Shown here piece by piece: positions 1-9,483 of a stretch of DNA of 44,956 nucleotides. The first letter of the stretch is position 1. Each line of letters starts with the position of its first letter. The position numbers and the translations under genes are program-made. The notes beneath the pieces are model-generated. The model ran no database searches and was not told the DNA's origin. It saw only the letters and a program-made list of their open reading frames with translations. This DNA comes from an uncultured delta proteobacterium (GTDB lineage Bacteria > Desulfobacterota > RBG-13-43-22): contig CAVUPH010000035.1 of assembly GCA_963743305.1 (NCBI GenBank), positions 1 through 44,956 on the forward strand, in the 5' to 3' direction.

Positions 1-284
1 ACATGGTGGTGCTGGAACTGAAGTCCTTCAAGGCCTTCGGCAGATACAGGCGATCCTTTTTCGCCTTCCTTCTTGATCTCTTCCTTCAGCTCCGCCTTCT
101 CTGCCTGGGCCTGTTTACGGGCCTCTTTCATCAGCCCGTCCGCCTCTTCCTGGGTCAGGACGCCTTTTTGCTTCAGCAGATTAATCAGATGCAACGCATC
201 GATCTCGCCCGCCTGGACGCTAAAGCCGCTCCCCAGGACTATCAAAAAACACATTGCCCATACCGCCGTCCATAATCTTTTCAT
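1..284 (-). CDS. Putative outer-membrane porin, N-terminal part (cut by window edge); probably phosphate-regulated
   Basis: Hand translation from ATG 284 (purine-rich RBS region): MKRLWTAVWAMCFLIVLGSGFSVQA signal peptide, then LINLLKQKGVLTQEEADGL, typical of putative-porin N-termini. Divergent from pstS. Not in the ORF track. Confidence 0.55.
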   Translation of the reverse strand, partial: MKRLWTAVWAMCFLIVLGSGFSVQAGEIDALHLINLLKQKGVLTQEEADGLMKEARKQAQAEKAELKEEIKKEGEKGSPVSAEGLEGLQFQHHH

Positions 285-373
285 CTCTTCCTTTCTCCTT
301 TCTCCTTTTACCTCGATTTCAGATTGCTCCCTCAGGGGGAGGCCAATCCGCTTGGGAGACCACACTACGGAGA

Positions 374-417
374 GAAGGTTACAAACCGGTGAAGGGCGGA
401 TTAAATAATGTTTACAA
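374..417 (-). promoter_or_regulatory. Pho-box-like array for the porin gene
   Basis: Four 11-bp-period units on the minus strand (TTGTAAAcatt/ATTTAATccgc/CCTTCACcggt/TTGTAACcttc), then a TAGTGT -10-like hexamer. Resembles PhoB CTGTCAT repeats. Confidence 0.5.
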
Positions 418-430
418 TGAATTCTCGAAG

Positions 431-463
431 TTGTCACCTGACCATCATCATGCTGTTACCGAA
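431..463 (+). promoter_or_regulatory. Pho-box-like array upstream of small ORF 509-718
   Basis: TTGTCACctga/CCATCATcatg/CTGTTACcgaa with 11-bp period, followed by TATCCT. Confidence 0.55.
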
Positions 464-508
464 TCGGGCTATCCTCAATCGAAAAACCAACCCGAAGAAA
501 GGAAAGGC

Positions 509-718
509 ATGCTTCCCACCGTCAAAATTCTGCTCTTAAACCCCGACCTGGAAATTGTCTACCTGGTGACTGGAAAAGGCTTCCGCATCCGGTCTCAAAT
601 CCCCGGAGAAACCGCTTTAAAGTTGCTGGAAGGAAAAAACATCGATCTTATCCTGCTCCAATCGGCCGTTCCAGCGCCAACCGACGAAGAGGATGAGGCT
701 TTGGAGCAAGCCGCCTGA
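509..718 (+). CDS. 69-aa hypothetical protein, degenerate receiver-domain-like
   Basis: GAAAGGAAAGG RBS before ATG 509; VKILLL and IDLILL strands resemble REC beta1/beta3. Confidence 0.45.
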   Translation: MLPTVKILLLNPDLEIVYLVTGKGFRIRSQIPGETALKLLEGKNIDLILLQSAVPAPTDEEDEALEQAA

Positions 719-760
719 TCTTTGAAGCCCGGGGATGTGGAAGGAGGTGACGACCGGCAA

Positions 761-804
761 AAGTAATCGGCTCTTAACTCTGCTGTAACAGAACGGTAAC
801 AAAC
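761..804 (+). promoter_or_regulatory. Pho-box-like array upstream of pstS
   Basis: AAGTAATcggc/TCTTAACtctg/CTGTAACagaa/CGGTAACaaac with 11-bp period; TATCTT at 811-816. Confidence 0.65.
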
Positions 805-853
805 AAGAACTATCTTATAACCTAATTATTGAAATAGCTGAGGAGGACAAAAA

Positions 854-1751
854 ATGAGGAAAATAGTGGTTTCGCTTTTAATGACAATATTTTCAGGGGT
901 TTCGATCTTTTCCGGACCGGTAGTGGCCAAAACTTTCTTGCAGGTCAAAGGTTCGGACACGGAAGTGAATCTGGTTCAGCGTCTGGCGGAAAATTATATG
1001 AAGAAAGACTCCAATACGAGCATCGCCGTAACGGGCGGGGGATCGGGTGTCGGAATTGCCGCCATTATCAACAAGACGACCGATCTTTGCAACGCCTCCC
1101 GCCCCATGAAGGACTCGGAAATCGCCCAAGCCAAGGCCAACGGCGTCAATCCTGTCGGGGTGGCCTTTGCCGTGGACGGCCTCTCGGTAATCATCAACGC
1201 CAAGAATCCCCTCAAACACCTGACGACTGACTTGATCGGGCAGATTTACCGGGGGGAGGTTTCCAATTGGAAACAGGTTGGAGGCCCGGATGCGGCGATC
1301 ACCCTCTACGGACGCCAGCCGAATTCCGGGACCTTTGTCTTCTTTCGAGAACATATCGTCAAAAGCGATTATTCCAACAGGATGGACCAGATGAACGGTA
1401 ATGCCCAGATCCTGGAAGCGGTCAAGAAAGACGCCGGCGGAATCGGCTATGTGGGGATCGGCTACGTGGTGGATGACGCCGGAAAAGTCGTGGCCGGCAT
1501 CAACGTCCTGGAGGTGGCCAAGGATAGCCGCAGCACTCCGGCTTCCCCCTTAAAGCTGGAAAATATTCTCAGCGGCGCCTACCCTTATCACCCGGCCGCT
1601 GTATCAGTATTTTGACAAAAACAATCAGGCCAAGGTCCAAGGGTTCATCAAGTACGAGCTCAGCCCGGAAGGCCTGGCCATCACTAAGAAGGATGGCTTT
1701 TATCCCCTAACCGAGCAATGGAAGAAATACAATGCCCAGTTCGGCTTCTAA
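854..1751 (+). CDS. pstS: Phosphate ABC transporter substrate-binding protein (apparent frameshift near 1588)
   Basis: KGSDT, GGGSGVG and NSGT motifs; the C-terminus (RPLYQY...GF*) continues in another frame to TAA 1749-1751. Confidence 0.92.
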
Positions 1752-1767
1752 CGGCGATACGCTGGAA

Positions 1768-2674
1768 ATGCCCGGAATGAACAGGAACTGGCGGCAATTC
1801 CAGGATGCCTCCATCCACCGTTTTTTTCAGTTCAACGGGGTGCTGTCCATCCTGATCCTTCTGGGCATCTTCTTCATCTTGTTCAAGGACGGGCTGCCGG
1901 CCCTGCGTGATTTGGGGTTCGGCAGCTTCATTCGCATGACCTGGAACCCCACCTCTTTTGTGCTGGGAAACCTACGGCCTGGGGGCCATGATTATCAGCA
2001 CCCTGATGGTTACCTTTCTGGCCCTCCTCTTTGCTGTCCCGGTCGGCCTGGGCTGCGCCGCCTATCTTTCGGAGGTGGCCCCGAACTGGGTCCGTGAAAT
2101 TCGAAGCCGGTCATCGAAGTCCTTGCCGGGATTCCTTCCGTGGCTCTGGGGTTTCTGGGGATCGTGATCATCGGGCCTTGGATCGCCAGGCTCTTCGGCA
2201 TACCGAACGGCCTGAACGCTCTGAACGGATCCGTCCTGCTCGCGATCATGTCGCTTGCCCACCATCGTCAGCATCTCGGAAGACGCCATCGTTTCGGTGC
2301 CGCAGGAATTGCAAGAACGCCTCCCTCGCGCTCGGGGGCGACGCTCGCTGGCAGACTCTTGTTCCGCGCGTGACCCTTCCCGCGGCGTCATCGGGCATCA
2401 TCGCCTCGATCATGCTCGGCATGGGCCGGGCGATCGGCGAAACCATGACCGTGCTCATGGCCATGGGAAATGCGCCCGCAACCCCGCACGGGTATTCTCG
2501 ATGCGGTGCGGACCATGACCTCCACCATCGCCATCGAATTAGGGGAGGTCGGTTCGGGTCGGAGTCCATTATCACGCGCTCTTCGTCATCGCCTTCGTTT
2601 TGTTCACGATGACGTTTGCAGTGAACCTCGTCTCCGACATGGTCCTGGCCAAATACCAGGAAGTGGAACGATAG
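1768..2674 (+). CDS. pstC: Phosphate ABC transporter permease PstC (several frameshifts)
   Basis: Fragments across frames: YGLGAMIISTLMVT, IPSVALGFLG, LGMGRAIGETMTVLM; lies between pstS and pstA. Start approximate. Confidence 0.85.
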
Positions 2675-3540
2675 TGCACCTGAATAAAAAAGCAATTACG
2701 GAAAAAATCGGTTTTGCCGTGCTGGGGATCTGCGGTCTGCTGGTGGTTCTCACCCTTTTCGGAATCCTCTGGGATATCGTTTACCACGGCGGATCGGTGA
2801 TCAACTGGGAGTTTCTGTCCCAACCGCCCCGCGAAGGCATGACCCAGGGGGGCATTTTTCCGGCCCTTCTGGGAACCTTGCTGGTGAGCCTGATTACGGT
2901 ACTCTTCGCCGTTCCCCTGGGCATGTTCAGTGCCATCTATCTCAACGAATATGCCCACCAGGGTAAGCTGGTCCGCATGATCCGGCTGTCAATTCGGAAT
3001 CTTTCGGGCGTGCCCTCGATCGTCTATGGGCTCTTCGGAGTGGCGCTGTTTGTCCGGGTTTTACATTTCGGGGCCAGCATCCTCTCCGCCGGGATGACCC
3101 TGGGGCTATTGACGCTCCCTTGGACGATCACGGCCAGCGAAGAGGCGTTGAAGACCGTGCCCAAACCCTACCGTGACGGGGCCCTGGCCCTGGGGGCCAC
3201 CAAATGGCAGGCCATCCGCACCAATGTGCTGCCCTACTCCATCCCGGGCATGTTGACCGGGGCCATCCTGGGCCTGGCCCGAGCGGCCGGGGAAACCGCT
3301 CCCATCCTATTTACCGGGGCCGCCTTCTTCATCCCCGACCTGCCCAAGTCGCTGTTCGATCAGTTCATGGCCCTGCCCTACCACCTCTACATCTTATCGA
3401 CCCAACATCAGGACATCGCCCGGGTCAGACCGATTGCCTACGGCACCGCCCTGGTTTTGATCGCCCTCGTCCTTTGCCTGAACATGGTGGCGGTGTTGAT
3501 CCGCTATCATTTCCGAAAGAAAGCGCGACTGGGTCAATGA
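2674..3540 (+). CDS. pstA: Phosphate ABC transporter permease PstA
   Basis: [29 protein letters not shown] motifs; GTG start overlaps the pstC stop. Confidence 0.93.
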   Translation: MHLNKKAITEKIGFAVLGICGLLVVLTLFGILWDIVYHGGSVINWEFLSQPPREGMTQGGIFPALLGTLLVSLITVLFAVPLGMFSAIYLNEYAHQGKLVRMIRLSIRNLSGVPSIVYGLFGVALFVRVLHFGASILSAGMTLGLLTLPWTITASEEALKTVPKPYRDGALALGATKWQAIRTNVLPYSIPGMLTGAILGLARAAGETAPILFTGAAFFIPDLPKSLFDQFMALPYHLYILSTQHQDIARVRPIAYGTALVLIALVLCLNMVAVLIRYHFRKKARLGQ

Positions 3541-3553
3541 TGGTAAACATCGA

Positions 3554-4351
3554 ATGATCGAAAAACAACCAGGGGATGGCGGGGGATCCAATGGCCACAC
3601 GATTAAAATCAGCGTCAAAGATCTTGATTTTTATTACGGTTCTCAAAAAGCCCTGGAAAATATCAACATGGACATTCCTGCCCATCGGGTCACGGCCTTT
3701 ATCGGTCCCTCCGGTTGCGGCAAGAGCACCTTTCTGCGCTGTTTCAACCGGATGAATGAAACCATCCTGGGGACCCGAATCGAGGGAACGATTCTGCTGG
3801 ACGGGGAAAACCTCTATGGCCGCGATCTGGATGTGGTGGACGTCCGTCGGCGGGTGGGCATGGTCTTTCAGAAGTCCAATCCTTTTCCCAAGAGTATCTT
3901 CGACAACGTGGCTTACGGCTTGCGCATCAACGGGATGAAGGACAAACGGGAAATCGCCGAGATCGTGGAAAAAAGCCTGGTCGATTCCGCCATTTGGGAT
4001 GAAGTCAAGGACCGGTTGTATGAGTCGGCCCTGGGTCTGTCCGGCGGCCAGCAGCAGCGCCTGTGCATCGCCCGGGCCCTGGCCGTCCAGCCGGAAGTGA
4101 TCCTGATGGACGAACCGGCCTCGGCCCTGGACCCGATCGCCACGCAGAAGATCGAGGACCTGATTCAGAAGTTGAAAAAAAAATATACGATCGTCATTGT
4201 CACCCACAACATGCAGCAGGCCGCCCGGGTCTCGGATATCACCGCCTTCTTTTATTTGGGCAAACTGATCGAAATAAATGATACCGCCACGCTCTTCACC
4301 CGCCCCGAGCTGAGACAGACCGAGGACTACATAACCGGACGATTCGGATAA
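3554..4351 (+). CDS. pstB: Phosphate ABC transporter ATPase
   Basis: [26 protein letters not shown]-terminal [10 protein letters not shown]. Confidence 0.97.
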   Translation: MIEKQPGDGGGSNGHTIKISVKDLDFYYGSQKALENINMDIPAHRVTAFIGPSGCGKSTFLRCFNRMNETILGTRIEGTILLDGENLYGRDLDVVDVRRRVGMVFQKSNPFPKSIFDNVAYGLRINGMKDKREIAEIVEKSLVDSAIWDEVKDRLYESALGLSGGQQQRLCIARALAVQPEVILMDEPASALDPIATQKIEDLIQKLKKKYTIVIVTHNMQQAARVSDITAFFYLGKLIEINDTATLFTRPELRQTEDYITGRFG

Positions 4352-4459
4352 TCGCCCGTGATGCAGCCCAGACGCCCTCGTCCGTGTTCTTATCGGGCGG
4401 GAGAATCCCCGGGTTAAACTACTTTCACGCTTCCCAAGTGTCCTGCTGAGAATGGGGGT

Positions 4460-4586
4460 TTAATGCGGCGTTGCCCCCGGCCCGAAGCTTGCGGGGCCGA
4501 AGGCCCGTGCCCAAAAGGACTTTAGGGGTCCAATGGCCTTGTTGGGCGACGCCAACCGGGACATGGACCCACTGGGGTCAAACGCC
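4460..4586. repeat. Structured array-terminal module, copy A (homologous to 43879-44022)
   Basis: Shares ordered blocks TTAATGCGGCGT, GGGGCCGAAGGCCC, GTCCAATGGCCT and CATGGACCC with copy B; nested inverted repeats. Confidence 0.8.
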
Positions 4587-4645
4587 AGCGTCAGCCAGAG
4601 GCGGAGCGCCGTTTCCCGCCGATTGGCTGGACGCATTTGTTAGAG
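4577..4645 (-). mobile_element. Integron attC site of the DUF4145 cassette
   Basis: Minus strand CTCTAAC-aaat-GCGTCCAGCC...GGCTGACGC-tggc-GTTTGAC: R''/L''/L'/R' layout with one extrahelical base, just after the ORF stop. Confidence 0.8.
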
Positions 4646-4661
4646 CGAATCATGCGAAGAA

Positions 4662-5387
4662 CTAGCCCTTGTCGGTCTTGTTAGCCTGAGCGGCCTTTTC
4701 AGTGCTGCCGCTATTGGCCTTATTATCCCTTCTTTGGCGGGACAGCTTAACCTTCTCAGGCATGATGAACATATAGAGAAGAAACTTCGACATGAAGTCA
4801 TGTGCTTCAGCGACGTCACCACTATCGACATCTTTCAAACTGTCCTCGTCCGGATGAGCCCCCCAATTGCCAAATATCCGAATCTGGTGCGCCCAATCTT
4901 TGATGTCTTTTGGCAAGTTGGCCAACGACTCAATTTGCTGGATCAGGGCAAGTTTTGGATCCGCGCCAAGTTTTACGAGAGCGCCCTGCAGAGACCTCCG
5001 AAACATCGCGCAGCCAGCTCGGTGGGCTGCGATCGCTTTGCATTTCAACGCTTCTTGATAGTCCAAAAGAATTTCGCTCGGAATGAATTCTTTTTCCTCT
5101 TTGCCGAGCTGGTCGTCTAGGGACGTTGGAAACATCTCATCCCAGCCCTTGATTTCTAGATTCTCGTCGCTGCTATATGGATTCTGCCTGAGGTAAAACG
5201 TCTTCAGGATTAGTTTACGGCACGGCCTGCATCGAAACATGACGTAGAACTCCACGTCATTGTTCCGAAGTTTATGGCACTCGTTCCACAAGGCTTCGAT
5301 GTGTGCCTTAGCGCCGCAGTGCGGGCACAGTTCGATCAAGTCCTTGACGTGGGTGTTAATCGCCTCGCGCGCTTCTTTTAGTTTCAT
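4662..5387 (-). CDS. DUF4145 (HEPN-like) protein with N-terminal Zn ribbon; integron cassette gene
   Basis: CPHC and CRPC pairs; DYQEALKC...AMFRRSLQ; RIFGNWGAH RxxxxxxxH-type motif; flanked by attC sites. Confidence 0.75.
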   Translation of the reverse strand: MKLKEAREAINTHVKDLIELCPHCGAKAHIEALWNECHKLRNNDVEFYVMFRCRPCRKLILKTFYLRQNPYSSDENLEIKGWDEMFPTSLDDQLGKEEKEFIPSEILLDYQEALKCKAIAAHRAGCAMFRRSLQGALVKLGADPKLALIQQIESLANLPKDIKDWAHQIRIFGNWGAHPDEDSLKDVDSGDVAEAHDFMSKFLLYMFIMPEKVKLSRQRRDNKANSGSTEKAAQANKTDKG

Positions 5388-5415
5388 ACGGTAGGTCTCG
5401 CTCGGCTAGGGTTCG

Positions 5416-5475
5416 CTCTAACTCCGCTAATCAGCCGCGCGACTTCTTGCGTCGGCTGCATTAGCCTGGTTATGG
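5416..5475 (-). mobile_element. Integron attC site (60 bp) of the AIPR cassette
   Basis: Minus strand CCATAAC-cagg-CTAATGCAGCCG...CGGCTGATTAG-cgga-GTTAGAG: classic short attC with extrahelical G; overlaps the ORF 3' end. Confidence 0.88.
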
Positions 5476-6315
5476 GCTCCGACTGCTTTCTTCAAAATGT
5501 CCGTTTCCGACTCCGATTTATATTGTCGTTTGCTCAAATCTATGCCAGATGATTTGAAGATGTCAGATGCCCGCCGGAACAATGAAAGCGCCTGATCATC
5601 ATCGAGCAGTGCTTCTTTAAATTCCTCGCATTGTTTTTCTATTATGTTGCTATTCAGCGGACTGCTCTCGCTGCCCATATTAAGCATCTTGACCATCATC
5701 ATTAAGTGAAATCTTGCCTTTTTATTATCAGCAGATAGTTCTACACTTCTGAAAAATTGCTCAATTCGGAAATAGCAGAGAGCACTGACAAAGTAAGGTA
5801 GGAATTTGTGATCGGTGGCAAATATTTGGCCTTTGAATCTATTAACTATTGTTCCATAGTACCCTGAAACAAGATGGGGTGATTGCAAAAACATTGAAGC
5901 GAATGACTTTATCTGTATTGGTATAGTTATTATCTGAGTCCGTCTAATGCCGGGAAGTGAGTTATATTGTTGCGATCTTCTCTCGTAGTACAGTCTAATT
6001 CCACTCTTTTCTGCGTTGTAGTAAAGCTCGAGGCGCTTTTGGAAAACTCCGAGAGCCTCAAGTTGTTCGGTCTTTACTTCAGTTTGGCGGTTAGTCGCGA
6101 TCGTGATTTCTGATTTTATGTCGTCGCTTTCTGTAACAATTATTTTAACAGGGACATTCACTCCATCAATGCCAGAAATTCTCTGGCACTCGTGTAAAAC
6201 ATTGCTGGTTTGACAACCATTAACGATTTGGTAGTCACGAAGCGTGAATCGATTTCCCGCTGGGGTCAGTGATGATGCGACAACCGTAACCCCGTTGTTG
6301 AGCACACAGAAGAGA
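5427..6315 (-). pseudogene. AIPR family (abortive-infection-associated) protein, 5'-truncated by IS21
   Basis: FCVLNNGVTVV, YQIVNGCQT, ATNRQTEV and YYERRSQQY motifs; lower GC; reading frame ends at the IS end at 6316. Confidence 0.85.
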
Positions 6316-6405
6316 TGTGATTGATCACCCTAATGGCGCCACCGATGATCGGGTTAAAGGAGCCACTGCAAAAGGGCCATTTTGGGTCTCAGACAGGGCC
6401 TCAGT

Positions 6406-7203
6406 TTAGGGTTTTTCACCTCCTTTCGCAATAGTGTTTTTTGGTTTTTCGGGGAAGGGCCGGGGTGCCCGGTAGCTTTCCCCGTCCAGGACCACCCGGT
6501 AGGCCCCGTGGCGGAGACGATCCAGGGTGGCGGCACCTAAGAGGCGGTTGGGGAAGGCCTCGCCCCATTCCGAAAAGTCAAGATTGCTGGTGATGATCGA
6601 AGCCCGCCGTTCGTAGCGATCGGCGATGAGATCGTGAAAGTCCTCATCCTGGGGGGCCCGAATGGGCTTGAGGCCAAAATCATCGATGATCAAAAGATCG
6701 GTTTGGGCCAGGGACTGAAACCGGCGCTCGAAGGTGTTGGTGGCCCGGGCGGCCTGGAGCAGCCCCAGCAGTTTGCTTTGGGTGGTAAACAGAACGTCGT
6801 AGCCCTGGCGGATGGCGCAGTGGCCGAGGGCCTGGGCGATATGGCTTTTCCCGGTACCGGTGGGCCCGGCGATCAATACCGCGACCTTCTCCTCGAGGTA
6901 GCGGCCGGTGGCCAGATCCAGGATCAGTCCCCTATTCAGCGAGGGATTGAAGGCGAAGTCAAAATCCTCCAGGGTCTTCTGGTTGCGGAAGTTGGCCCGG
7001 CGGATCCGGACGGTCAGCTTTTTTTGGGAGCGCCGGGCGACCTCATCCTGGAGCAACAGGGCCAAAAAATCGGTATAGGCCAGTTTGTTTTCGATGGCCT
7101 GGCGGTTGCGGGCCTCCAGGGAATCGAGGATTCCCGAGAGACGGATCTCTTTCAACATGGGGGTCAAAGCAGGCATGGGATTCATCGGTACACCTCCTAT
7201 CAA
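6406..7203 (-). CDS. istB: IS21 helper ATPase IstB
   Basis: GPTGTGKSH, LLIIDDFG, IITSNL, LDRLRH. Confidence 0.96.
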   Translation of the reverse strand: MIGGVPMNPMPALTPMLKEIRLSGILDSLEARNRQAIENKLAYTDFLALLLQDEVARRSQKKLTVRIRRANFRNQKTLEDFDFAFNPSLNRGLILDLATGRYLEEKVAVLIAGPTGTGKSHIAQALGHCAIRQGYDVLFTTQSKLLGLLQAARATNTFERRFQSLAQTDLLIIDDFGLKPIRAPQDEDFHDLIADRYERRASIITSNLDFSEWGEAFPNRLLGAATLDRLRHGAYRVVLDGESYRAPRPFPEKPKNTIAKGGEKP

Positions 7204-8738
7204 TGCGCCAAGAGCGATCCGGCGTGGCGGCAGAATCGTCCTTGACCGGTATAGGTTTCGGAAAGCAGGTCGAAGGCCTGATCGGCTTGAGGCAGTTGAT
7301 CGAGGCCTTTCTTCAGGATCTGTTTGACCGTGCCGTATTGGGGCGTTTCAAAGGCTATGGCTCGTTGGCAGGCCCGTTCCAGGCGGAGATCGCCGTAACG
7401 CTTTCGGAAGCCGATGATCCCCTGGGCGGCGCGGAGATGATCCAGCACCCGATCGGCAAAGAGGGTTTCCATCAGGGTCAGGCAATAGGGACCCACGGCC
7501 GCGGCCTCCTTCAGGCACCACTGCGGGTCTTGCATCTTGTACGCCAGGGCATCGGGGGGCAGGTGTTCCGGGATCGTGGAGCGCTGGCCCGGGCGCCGCA
7601 AGCGGGGGTGGATGGCCACCAGGTCCAGGTCGCGATAGATCTTGACGGTCTGCTCAGCGGCCCGCAGCCATAACTCCCGATGGACCAACCGATAAGGAGC
7701 GGAGTAGAAGGCCTTCTCGAACTGGACATGGCAGTTGCCATGAAGCTTTAACTTGGCCCAGAAGCTCAGCTCCGGGGGATTAGCCGGGAGCGGCTGGAGC
7801 AGCAACCTTTCCGTGGCAAAACGATCCAGGGGGCGCTGCTGGGTGGTCCCGTGGATTCGGTTGCCGGCTGGTCCCAGGATCCAGGCCAGCAACTGGCGAT
7901 TGCCGTCGGGCACACTGCGGAAGTCGCGCAGGGGCATGAAGCGTTTTTTAAGATATTTAACCCCCGCCTCCACGATACCTTTTTTCTTGGGATCCCCCGG
8001 TGGACAGGGGGAGATGAGAAAATTATAGGCTTCGGCGGCATCCGCATAAGAACGCTGGGTCACCGGGTCATAAAAACAGGCCTTGGTGATGGCACATTTC
8101 GTATGATCGATAATCGTTTTACGGGGTACCCCCCCGAAGAACTCAAAGGCCCGACGGTGACAGCCCAGCCAGGTTTCGATCTTCTGGTTGGTGACGATCT
8201 CGGCGTACTGATGACGGCTCCAGGCCAAGGTCATGACAAAAAACCAGGTCGGGATCACTTGGCCGGTATACACGTCGATGATCCGGGGACCGGTCCCGAA
8301 GTCCACCTGGGCGGCTTCTCCGGGCTCAAAATCCAAGATCACGCTGGCCTTGGGCTGATGATCCGGAAGACGTTGGATGAAGCGGCGAACGGCGGAGTAA
8401 CTGCCGATAAAACCGTAATCCCGAGCCAGGGCCTCGTGGATAGTCGTCCCCTGGACGCCCTGCTGATGCCATCGCTGGATGTCTTGGGCATAGGGTAAAA
8501 CCAGGGAACCTTGGGCCGGTTCTTCGGTCTTACGGGTAAAAGCGGCGGCCAGGACGGCCTCTTCGGGAATGGGGGTTTCTGGGTTGAGCCAGCCCTGAGC
8601 CACAGCAACTTCTCGGACCTGGCCGGCTTTCTTCCGCCCCATCAGCCCGGCTCGGGAAATGGAACGGTCGGTTTCGCCCATACGCATACGGGCAAGGATC
8701 TGTCGATACTGGTGCATCTCGAACCTCCGATTACTCAT
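7200..8738 (-). CDS. istA: IS21 transposase IstA
   Basis: PGEAAQVDFG, AFEFFGGVP, KKGIVE, RIHGTT, FYSAPY. Confidence 0.96.
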   Translation of the reverse strand: MSNRRFEMHQYRQILARMRMGETDRSISRAGLMGRKKAGQVREVAVAQGWLNPETPIPEEAVLAAAFTRKTEEPAQGSLVLPYAQDIQRWHQQGVQGTTIHEALARDYGFIGSYSAVRRFIQRLPDHQPKASVILDFEPGEAAQVDFGTGPRIIDVYTGQVIPTWFFVMTLAWSRHQYAEIVTNQKIETWLGCHRRAFEFFGGVPRKTIIDHTKCAITKACFYDPVTQRSYADAAEAYNFLISPCPPGDPKKKGIVEAGVKYLKKRFMPLRDFRSVPDGNRQLLAWILGPAGNRIHGTTQQRPLDRFATERLLLQPLPANPPELSFWAKLKLHGNCHVQFEKAFYSAPYRLVHRELWLRAAEQTVKIYRDLDLVAIHPRLRRPGQRSTIPEHLPPDALAYKMQDPQWCLKEAAAVGPYCLTLMETLFADRVLDHLRAAQGIIGFRKRYGDLRLERACQRAIAFETPQYGTVKQILKKGLDQLPQADQAFDLLSETYTGQGRFCRHAGSLLAH

Positions 8739-8940
8739 GGGCGTCCCTCCTGGCTAAATTTTTCCAAGAAGGATACACCCGGATTAATGGAAAGTCCGAG
8801 ACCCTTTTTTGCTCTAACTGGCTCCTTTAGGGCGATCCTGGGGTGGCGCCATTAGGCCGATCGGATGGCGCCATAGGTGATCACGGGGTGGCGCCATTAA
8901 CCCGATCACGCTGTTGGCTCCATATGGGTGATCATTAACA

Positions 8941-9033
8941 GGCCATCGCGGCAGTCTGGACGGCACTGCCCAATGATACCCCGGACCAGATCAATACCAG
9001 GGTGATTAACAATCGTGACAGGTAATGTCTCAT
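8941..9033 (-). pseudogene. 5' stub (signal peptide only) of a secreted-protein gene cut by IS21
   Basis: AGGAG RBS, then MRHYLSRLLITLVLIWSGVSLGSAVQTAAMA running straight into the IS end. Confidence 0.55.
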
Positions 9034-9173
9034 CTTTAAATCTCCTGCTCTTCAGCCTTCCAACAAAAGGCCGGTTGATATTCATTTCCTTTCCTGCGCC
9101 AATCCTTTTCAGGTTACGCTGAAATATGAAAACTCCAGGGTTTAGTATGAAATAAAATAGCCCCAGCAAAGAC

Positions 9174-9270
9174 GTCATTGCGAGCAGAGCGAAGCAATCC
9201 CCATCCACAGCTTAGAGAGATCCGGAAGCCATCTGGGGGATTGCTTCGTCGCTCCACTCCTCGCAATGAC
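9174..9270. repeat. REP/MITE-like palindromic element family 1, full copy (97 bp)
   Basis: GTCATTGCGAG...GAAGCAATCCCC...GGGGATTGCTTCG...CTCGCAATGAC; same length as, and similar to, 21656-21752. Confidence 0.85.
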
Positions 9271-9355
9271 TGGAGACCTATTATTTCCTGCTTCGGGGTG
9301 CCTTCCCCGGGCATGGGCGTCTAATACGAAATTAGCTTTCCAGGCTCACCAGAGC

Positions 9356-9392
9356 TCAGACCGACTCGGTCTGCCAAACCGAGTCGGTCTGA
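9356..9392. repeat. Perfect 15-bp inverted repeat (REP-like hairpin)
   Basis: TCAGACCGACTCGGT-ctgccaa-ACCGAGTCGGTCTGA; no U tract. Confidence 0.6.
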
Positions 9393-9483
9393 ACCTTGGG
9401 GCCTACCCCTGAGCAGTTTCATGCTTCGCGGGTGTCACGCCGCGATATGGCAGTTTAATATGAATATCCTTTGAAGTAAGCCG

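Larger units (their letters stand above)
6316..8940 (-). mobile_element. IS21-family insertion sequence (2625 bp)
   Basis: TG...CA ends: TGTGATTGATCACCC at 6316, and TGTTAATGATCACCC read inward from 8940. GATC-N-GG(C/A)GCCA subterminal repeats: 2 at the istB end, 5 at the istA end. Contains istA and istB. No target duplication. Confidence 0.92.

Noticed and set aside
254-508. N-terminal extension of ORF 254-718
   Set aside because: Overlaps the porin start and Pho-box arrays; a clear RBS precedes ATG 509.
4471-4665. Short ORFs here and at 43848-44074
   Set aside because: They are translations of GC-rich palindromic attC/module DNA.
8818-8940. Periodic ~20-25-bp repeats resembling a mini CRISPR or iterons
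   Set aside because: Spacers are only a few bases and the motif recurs at the other IS end; these are IS21 subterminal repeats.
8906-9314. ORFs 8906-9208 and 9114-9314
   Set aside because: Largely translations of the family 1 palindrome and intergenic DNA.
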